NCBI GenBank assembly: GCA_964016885.1
Contig: OZ024742.1
Location: 145,824,001 to 145,888,000, forward strand
Origin: Eledone cirrhosa
Lineage: Eukaryota
Length of the DNA: 64,000 bases
Reading direction: 5' to 3'
Shown: one piece after another, positions 56,147-64,000 of the stretch
How positions within the stretch are numbered: the stretch's first letter is position 1
Layout of the letters: every line of letters starts with the position of its first letter
Made by a program: the position numbers and the translations under genes
Notes under the pieces: model-generated
What the model was told of the DNA's origin: nothing
Database searches by the model: none
What the model saw: only the letters and a program-made list of their open reading frames with translations

Positions 56147-57339
56147 TTCCCTTGCTTTTATCGAGAATCTAATTGTAATACGTGACGTATTCTATTCTAT
56201 AGCGATTAGGTCTTCAAAATGTTTATTATAAACATACAGAATATTTTCGAATATTCTATGTCTATATTCACATATATATCGCTATTTCAGAGCATTTATT
56301 CCAATTTCTAATTTCTGCCGGACCGGCAACCGCTCTTTCAAACCAGTTCCTGTACACAGCTAAGTATTCTATAAGTCTCTAGCTGTGTCATTCTCGATAA
56401 AAGCACTGGATATGTAGTCCTGATGATTTCTAACGAGAATGAAACGCGTAGATTACTTCCCTTGCTTTTATCGAGAATCTAATTGTAATACGTGACGTAT
56501 TCTATTCTATAGCGATTAGGTCTTCAAAATGTTTATTATAAACATACAGAATATTTTCGAATATTCTATGTCTATATTCACATATATATCGCTATTTCAG
56601 AGCATTTATTCCAATTTCTAATTTCTGCCGGACCGGCAACCGCTCTTTCAAACCAGTTCCTGTACACAGCTAAGTATTCTATAAGTCTCTAGCTGTGTCA
56701 TTCTCGATAAAAGCACTGGATATGTAGTCCTGATGATTTCTAACGAGAATGAAACGCGTAGATTACTTCCCTTGCTTTTATCGAGAATCTAATTGTAATA
56801 CGTGACGTATTCTATTCTATAGCGATTAGGTCTTCAAAATGTTTATTATAAACATACAGAATATTTTCGAATATTCTATGTCTATATTCACATATATATC
56901 GCTATTTCAGAGCATTTATTCCAATTTCTAATTTCTGCCGGACCGGCAACCGCTCTTTCAAACCAGTTCCTGTACACAGCTAAGTATTCTATAAGTCTCT
57001 AGCTGTGTCATTCTCGATAAAAGCACTGGATATGTAGTCCTGATGATTTCTAACGAGAATGAAACGCGTAGATTACTTCCCTTGCTTTTATCGAGAATCT
57101 AATTGTAATACGTGACGTATTCTATTCTATAGCGATTAGGTCTTCAAAATGTTTATTATAAACATACAGAATATTTTCGAATATTCTATGTCTATATTCA
57201 CATATATATCGCTATTTCAGAGCATTTATTCCAATTTCTAATTTTAAAATATATTTTATGTGTATACATTTAAATTTTTTTTCATCTTTTAACTTTTAAC
57301 ATGTTTTTTTAAAAACTTTTTAACTTTACAATTTGTTTT

Positions 57340-59085
57340 TTTAGGAGGGGAAGTGAGAGATTCCCTTGTCTTCATTAAGACATCTCTCTAAGAGAAGGTC
57401 ACTCTGATATAAAACCTGCGATTTAGTTAGCATCCAGTGATGTGATGTAGACCGGTTTTTCTTTTTGGGTAAATGTATTTGAAGTTCAGAGAGTGGGATT
57501 GGCTCCATGCAAGCCTTTCCTCACCTAAAAAAGCTTCAAGCACAGGCATCACTTGATCTTTGAGTTATTTGTCATCTTTTACGTTGCATGGCATAGTACG
57601 GCTGGCCGTAGCTGAAAAAGGCAAAACCATAAAACGAGGAACTTCAATACCTTTCCGACCAATAGTAATAAGGGCTCTGGAATGGATAGTGACTAGTGAC
57701 TAGGCCTGTTAGATGTCCCAAGGCTTGAGCCCAATCATAGTCCTGCTATTGCAAGAAAGTTTAAGCCTTTGAACATTGGATGCTGGAATGTTTGCACCTT
57801 ACTAAATTCTCAGTCTTCTACGTGTCCTGAAAGAAGATCAGTTCTGGAAGCTAAAGAACTGCAACAATACAACATGGATAACGGCCTTATCTTAAACAAG
57901 ACTCTCTGAAGAAAGCCTTTCATTGAAGAGGAAGAGCAGAAGGTTGCAAGTTGGAGATTGGCGAAGCATTTGCCAAGTTGGAAGAGCTTCCATGTGATTT
58001 AACTGATTGCCTTATCTCAATGAGAATTCCATTATCAAAGAACAGGTTCGTCACTCTAGTGAGTGTATACGCTCCAACAATGAGTTCTTTTGAAGACGTA
58101 AAACTCTCTTTTATCTCTCACCGAAGGAACTTGTCTGCACGATTATTCATGCTGACAAAGTTGTCATTCTGAGTGACTTCAATGCTAGATTTGGCAAGGG
58201 TAATAAAACCTGGGGTCTGCTCAGAAAACATGGAGTCAGCAGGTGCAATAACAATGGTTAGCTGCTGTTACAAATGTGTCAGGAGCTGGATCTGTATATA
58301 GCAAATACCCTGTTTCAGCTGAAAGATAAATGCAAAACAACTTGTATGCACCCAGGCTCAAAGCAGTGGCACATGATTGATTATGCTCTTGTTCATAGGT
58401 GTGATGTTTGTGATGTGTGCAGTGTCCAGGTTGTGCAAGGAATTAAATGTTAGCCTCCACATTGTCTGGTTTGTGCAAAAGTGAAGTTTGCTTTGAAAGC
58501 AAAGGTCAGGGTCGTCGTGTGACATACCAAAGAAAGTAAATATGGTTCATCTAAAAGATCATGCCATTAAGGAAGAGCTGGTAAAGAGAATGGATGACAT
58601 TCAATGTGATGATTCATGGGAAGAATTCAAAATATCTGTATATAAAGTCTGCAGGGATGTTCTGGGTTTAGTTGAAAAAAACCCATCAAGACTGGTTTGA
58701 TGAAAATAACAAAGAAGTTCAGATGCTATTAAATGAAAGGAACACAGTGCTAACTGGTGGAACAGAAATGAGTAAGAATGAAGACTTGCTGGATTAAAGA
58801 GTCACAAAAGGAGCCATGTTAGTGCATATGGTATAACAATTATAAAAATCTTCCATCAATGTGGTAAAGTCTGCCAATCAACAGGAAGCCTGAGGTGGCA
58901 CATGAAAGAAGATGGCAACCAGCCATCGATTCTTGTTGCCAAATGCCATGTCTGCATGATCTGTGCCAGAGAATGTAAAATCTTGATGGCTTAAAAAGTC
59001 ACACCTGTGCTACACATGCAGAAGCATGTTCGAAATTCTAAGCCAATAGCTATACTTTAGCATCGGTCTGCTGCCGTTATAATAA
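57340..59085 (+). mobile_element. Internally deleted, decayed RTE LINE (5'UTR, APE endonuclease, 3' zinc-finger end; no RT)
   Basis: IGCWNVCTL..PERRS, LVSVYAPT, DFNAR, HPGSKQWHMIDY, QDWFDENNKE, then C2H2-like CGKVC..HM and a (TAA)n tail. Confidence 0.8.
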
Positions 59086-60361
59086 TAATATAATGAAATT
59101 ATTGTGTACAGTGCTCAGGTGCACTACAACTCATCAAAGGTGCATGTATAGTACATAGAATAATGTACAAATGTCAGGAAAATAAACAGTGTATGAGTCA
59201 TGATATAATAACAATAACAATAATGAAATATTGTGCACAGTGCCCAGGTGCACCACAACCCATCAAAAAAGTGCATGTACAGTACATAGGGCAATGCACA
59301 AACATCAGTAAAATGAACAGTGCACACATGTGTGCATGTGTATGGAAGGAGCACATCAGGTGTAGTTTTGGCGTATTTCGGGAAGCATGAGTGTCTTAAA
59401 GGATGCAGTGTCTTGGCAGCTAACAATTGACGCAGGCAGTTTGTTCCATGCTTCAGCAACTCTGAGCGTGAAAAAATGTCTGCGAAAGTCATGGGAGCTG
59501 TGCTGTTTTCTTATCTTGTAGGCATGTCCACGTGTGTTAGACACATGGAGATCAAAGAGGCGCTCAGGGTTGCAGTTGGCGAGATGGTTAAAAACTTTGT
59601 GGGTATTCACCAAGTCCATTGCCAGACGTCGGAGCTTCAATGAATCCATGCCCAGGGAAGCAAGGCGTTCAGAGTATGGTAGGTGTCTGATGGAGGGTAT
59701 GCGCTTGGTTGCACGTCTCTGAACAGTTTCCAGGAGGTCAATGTTCCGAGCAAGATAGGGGTTCCAGACTGATGATGCGAATTCCAAGTGTGGTCGCACC
59801 ATAGCTGTATACAGTTTTAAATAGATGGCTGGAGAGCGGCTAACAAAGGTCTTGCTGAGTGATGCCAAGACACCCTCGGCCTTCTTGACAATCTTAGAGA
59901 CATGCTTTGTCCAACGCAAATTGTTGCTGACAGTAATGCCCAGGTCACGTTCACAAGAGGACTTTTTGATGTCAGTGTTGTGGAGGGAGTATGTGGACGC
60001 TGGATTTTTCCTTCCAAAATGCATGGTGGTACACTTGTCCACAGCCAGCTTCAGTTGCCAGTCTGTGATCCATTGCTGCATTGTGTCCAGGTCTGATTGT
60101 AGGAAAGAGTTGTAAATTTCAGGATCAGTCCTTTTGATTTCAAGGTACAGCTTGATGTCATCTGCATATTTTAGTACCGTAGCATTCTGTAAGTTGGCAT
60201 CTATGTCATTAATATATGCCACAAACAAAAGAGGACCAAGAACAGATCCCTGTGGTACACCAGATGACATCTCATATGGTGAAGAATGCTGTCCTAGAAC
60301 CGTGACTACTTCCTTTCGGCTGAGAATGAAGGATTTCAGCCAGTCGAAAAGATCATCCCTC
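59080..60361 (-). mobile_element. 5'-truncated CR1-clade LINE with an open RT C-terminal reading frame and 3'UTR
   Basis: SGVPQGSVLGPLLF, KYADDIKL, ERDLGI, VRPHLEFA..WNPY, LETVQRRATK, TRGH..FFTLRV..WNKLP; stop at 59356; (ATT)n tail near 59080. Confidence 0.95.
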
Positions 60362-60368
60362 ACATGTA

Positions 60369-60449
<81 letters not shown>
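60362..60449. repeat. (TG)n microsatellite
   Basis: Seen directly. Confidence 0.98.
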
Positions 60450-60450
<1 letters not shown>

Positions 60451-61252
60451 CATTCTTCTGGTTTTATAATTTCACAAAGTTTTACCAATAGAGAGAGAGT
60501 CGGTTTCTAACATAGACACAAGACTCTCTCATTAGAATTTACACAACATCAACTAGGTAGATATGTATGTATGCATGCATGTGTAGATATGGATGTTATT
60601 GTATGTGTGGATGTGTATGTTTTGAGTTGTATGTGTGCATGTGTACATGTGTAGATGCAACATTTTTGGAATGTTTTACAAATTTTTACTGTTCTATTAA
60701 TGGATTGTACTTGTAATTTCCTAACTAGTTGTGTTCTTTCTGTTCCTGTGACGCCTAGCTTCTCAAGATTTGTATTGAGGCAGTTACTAACATATCCCAG
60801 TGTCCCAATAATCCCAGGCATAAATCTGAAGGTGTAATCAGGGTGGAGTATCTGCAGATTTCTCATCAGTTCTGCATAAATATTCTCCTTTTCGCTAATC
60901 TTTGATATTATATTGGCATCTGCTGGGCAGCTAATTTCCACTACTGTGCATGCTTTCCACCAGTACTCTTTCATATTATGTACATGGATGTCTTCCACAT
61001 TGCTGTAGCTTTTAATGTGTTTATTATCGGGGCTATCTTTTTTACGAACTGCATTGTACAGTGTTTTGGCCACTACATCAAGCCTCATAGGTAGATAATA
61101 CCGCGATGATATCTTTGGACAGCTGCTGATGATATGGGTGATATCCTCGATGTTAGTTCTGCAGAGCCTGCACTTGTTATCACATCTAGGTGTTTTGCCT
61201 GCATCCCTATCTCTTTTGTGAATCAGGTATTTCGTGTTAATCTCCTGTTCTC
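60450..61252 (-). mobile_element. R4/Dong-like RLE non-LTR retrotransposon 3' fragment
   Basis: CRLC..IEDITHIISSCP (CCHC), YYLPMRLDVVAK, VVEISCPAD..KENIY..L, IIGTLG. Confidence 0.8.
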
Positions 61253-61287
61253 ATGTATGTATGTATGTATGTATGTATGTATGTATG

Positions 61288-61882
61288 TTGGTGCTACTGG
61301 TAACATGTATCCCAGTACAACCTGTCTCATGGTCGGGTCGTTGGCGACTAAACTGGCAACCCCACCAAGGTTTCTTGGTGAAAAGGGTGACTTTGGACAT
61401 CCTGCAGGACTAAAAACAAAACCTGTCAAAGGGCAAAGGAGCTCTTAAGAGTCAATGGCCATCCAAAATCACCGGGAGAGATGACCCCTTAGCCTTTGTC
61501 AAGGCAGAATTCTATGAGAAGGAAAACTCTGATATAACACCTGCAACCCTGATGGTATCCAATGATGTTGACTTGTTCTTCTTTTTGGTAAATATCATCT
61601 TGGTCAAGAGAGTGGGACTGGCTTTGTGAAGTGCTTTTTCTCACTATAAAAGCTTCACGGCACAGGCATTGCTTTATATCTGGAGATCTCTCTGCACTTG
61701 TCGTCACATGGTACCATGGGCCCAGCACTATGTGTCAATAATTGTCACAAGTGTAGTGTTTGTACCAGAGTTTTCAAGTCGCTGGTTGGACTAAAAAGTC
61801 ACACTCGTTCAGCGCATCGGTAGGAGTTCTCCTACATGGGTATAAAGTAGTGGCCGTACTCGAAAACGAGTTGGCAGCCACC
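61288..61882 (+). mobile_element. Bipartite RTE-derived non-autonomous element (5'UTR fused to 3' end) in (TATG)n
   Basis: Middle resembles the RTE 5'UTR at 57360-57560 (gagaagg..actctgatata..acctgc); ends ggccgtactcgaaaacgagttggcagccacc(atgt)n. Confidence 0.6.
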
Positions 61883-63084
61883 ATGTATGTGTGTATGTAT
61901 GTATGTATGTATGTAAGAAAGGAAGGCCAGTATGAGACCTCTGGTTCAGATCAGACTTACTTTTTTTAAAACTCTTCCTCCACCCTCGCCACATAGATGC
62001 AGGCATAATAATTATATCGATATTGTATCATGCCTAATAAATGATATTGGAAATAACAAAATCAACATGTGTCATATTACGTTTGATAAATAATATCAGA
62101 AATACCAAAAAATTATACAGCATTCGATATAAATATGTAAAGTAGTACGCCTGTATTTATAAACCAATATGATTAACTTATCATGTGGGCTACCATTGAT
62201 TTCATGGTCTTGCTCTTAGGAATTTTCCTGATTTTACAGGACAGAAAATACAAAAAATATTTTGATGTTATTAAATTCCTCTACTTTCAAGGGGAATAAC
62301 TCGTCTTAGACAGGTTTGAGAGTTAAGTTTCTTTAAACGTTTCTGGTATAATATTGAAGTCGTTGGAAAAATACGTGTTTGTTTGGATTTGAGAGACAAA
62401 CAAAAGATTATGTGTGATTAAAGGGAGATTAAAGTCTGTAAATGGAAGGGAGGTTATAATACCGTTGGTGGGATGGGGGGGGGGGGGGGGGGGGGAGGAA
62501 AAATATACTAGGTGATTGACAGAAGGTATAAAGTTTAAAAGAGCAAAGAAAGTCTAATGTGAAGGAATATCAATCAGATGTCTGTACATATATGAGGTTC
62601 TAGTTGGGGAAAAATAGGGTTTCCCATTTGCATCATTTTTTCGGTGGTTTCATGCGAGTTTCTCTTGCCTCACCTGGTACACTTCTGTGTTTATGAGGTA
62701 TATGCAATATTGTGTCGTTTTGTTATTGTGGAAGAGGTTTGAATAGTGTTTAGTGTCCTCCTGCTAGTGTATTTCACCAGCCCTGTTTTGTTATGGAGTT
62801 TAGCTTGTTGTTTCTAGTGTTATTTTAGTTTTCGTTCTGTTGTATTGCTGTGTGTAATGTGAATGTGTTATTTTATAGGGTATTAATCTTTATATGTTGT
62901 GTGAGCTGTGTTGTTTTATATTTATTAGGTGCTTATTGTATAAGGTGTGTGTTGTGTGTAGCAAGTTTACTATTTGATTTGTGCTATTGAATGGATCATC
63001 TCCTGCACAGGTTGTGGGCTATTCCTTGCAGAGCTATCTTTGTGTGCTATGATATGGCTTCATTGTTTTTGTTGTTGGTTATAT

Positions 63085-64000
63085 TCTTCTTCTGCTCCTC
63101 CTCCTTCTTCTTCTCCCACATATTCCTGGGACGGTCGTGGGAGCAGAGTTCTCAAGCATACTTCCCAGTGGGTCCTATCAGAAGTAACTGTCTCCAAACA
63201 ACCCGGCTGAATACCTGAGCAAAACCAGCTGAGATCATGGATGATATTCAACCAGCTTGCTCATTGTCTATCTCAGTCTCCTGCCAGTTAGCTTTGTCTA
63301 TAAAATCTCTATCCTATGATTCTTTCCTTAGATATTCTGACCACATATTTGTAATATCAGAGTTGTGATCTCTCAATGTGAAGAAGTAACAGCTCTACCT
63401 GGAGTGACACCTTGATCCATGAGCTATACACCCTAATGAGTAACATTACTCTAAAGACCCATTGGAGGAAGCCATTTTGTCCCTTTGTATTTGCGATCAT
63501 ATTCTTTCGGTCATTACCCAACATTCAAGACTATAAATAAGGGTAAGCATGAACAGCAAATTGAAAATAACAAGTTTGGCTTTTACACCTACCCTCTTCT
63601 TCTGATGACTGGGTGCTGAAACTGGCACATCATTGCACCAGCTCCAGCAATTCTTTAACTTAATTCAGCCTTCTACCTTCCATCACTTGTAAAAATACTC
63701 CTGAGATACACTGAATCATGTACAAAACTTCATGTAACTCCACTTACATGCAGAGTGTACACCAGAGGATTTCTTGAGAGGATGAGTATCTCAGTCTTCA
63801 CAGAACTGATTTTAATTCCTGTCATGTTTCATGAGGCACTCAGCAGCAAACCTATTCAGTGCATGCTGGAAACCACCTTCGAATGAGTAAAGGAGCACCC
63901 TGTCATCTACAAATATCAGTCGACTGATCCTACACCCATTGGTTTTAGTACTACTTCGAACCTGGCTGTGCATATCAATCCTGTTCATGAAGATTATGAA
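63085..64000 (-). mobile_element. Decayed RTE-clade LINE, RT and 3' end, running off the right edge
   Basis: ISRLIFVDD, FQHALNRFAAEC, GIKISSVKTEIL, YLRSIFTSDGR; 3' end homologous to 13255-13427. Confidence 0.75.

Larger units (their letters stand above)
55203..57244. mobile_element. Retrozyme-like array: about 6.6 apparently identical 310-bp units (2.5 inverted, then 4 direct), with a hammerhead in each complete unit
   Basis: Period 310 (55203/55513/55823 and 55981/56291/56601/56911/57221); inversion at 55977-55980; ATTTTAAAATATA at both ends. Confidence 0.9.

Noticed and set aside
60362-60453. N-terminus of the 365-aa ORF (MNTHTHTH..)
   Set aside because: (CA)n microsatellite in frame with a truncated LINE RT; not a real start

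Overview
AT-rich, repeat-dominated animal genomic DNA. The SINE families, microsatellites and transposon mix suggest a coleoid cephalopod (octopus-like); this is inference, not a database match. I cannot support any intact host protein-coding gene. The long ORFs at 1-8.4 kb come from a 25-bp satellite. The rest is a patchwork of tRNA-derived SINEs, RTE/CR1/R4/CRE LINE remnants, a decayed RepHel Helitron and several non-autonomous Helitrons (one perfect head-to-tail CTAG|TC junction), a Chapaev3-like transposase remnant, MITEs and a Penelope-like GIY-YIG fragment. The most interesting signal is a set of small non-coding elements with hammerhead ribozyme (HHR) motifs and a tandem-plus-inverted layout. 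(i) An array of apparently identical, highly structured 310-bp units at 55.2-57.2 kb, each complete unit carrying a full type I HHR (retrozyme/circular RNA candidate). (ii) Two subfamilies of a ~625-bp unit at 35.6-38.5 kb with all hammerhead core motifs in correct pairing register and covarying stems I and III, but in a permuted (pseudoknotted) strand order. (iii) A U4A-variant HHR in inverted pseudo-LTRs at 39.6/40.5 kb. (iv) A canonical Penelope HHR at 42.1 kb.
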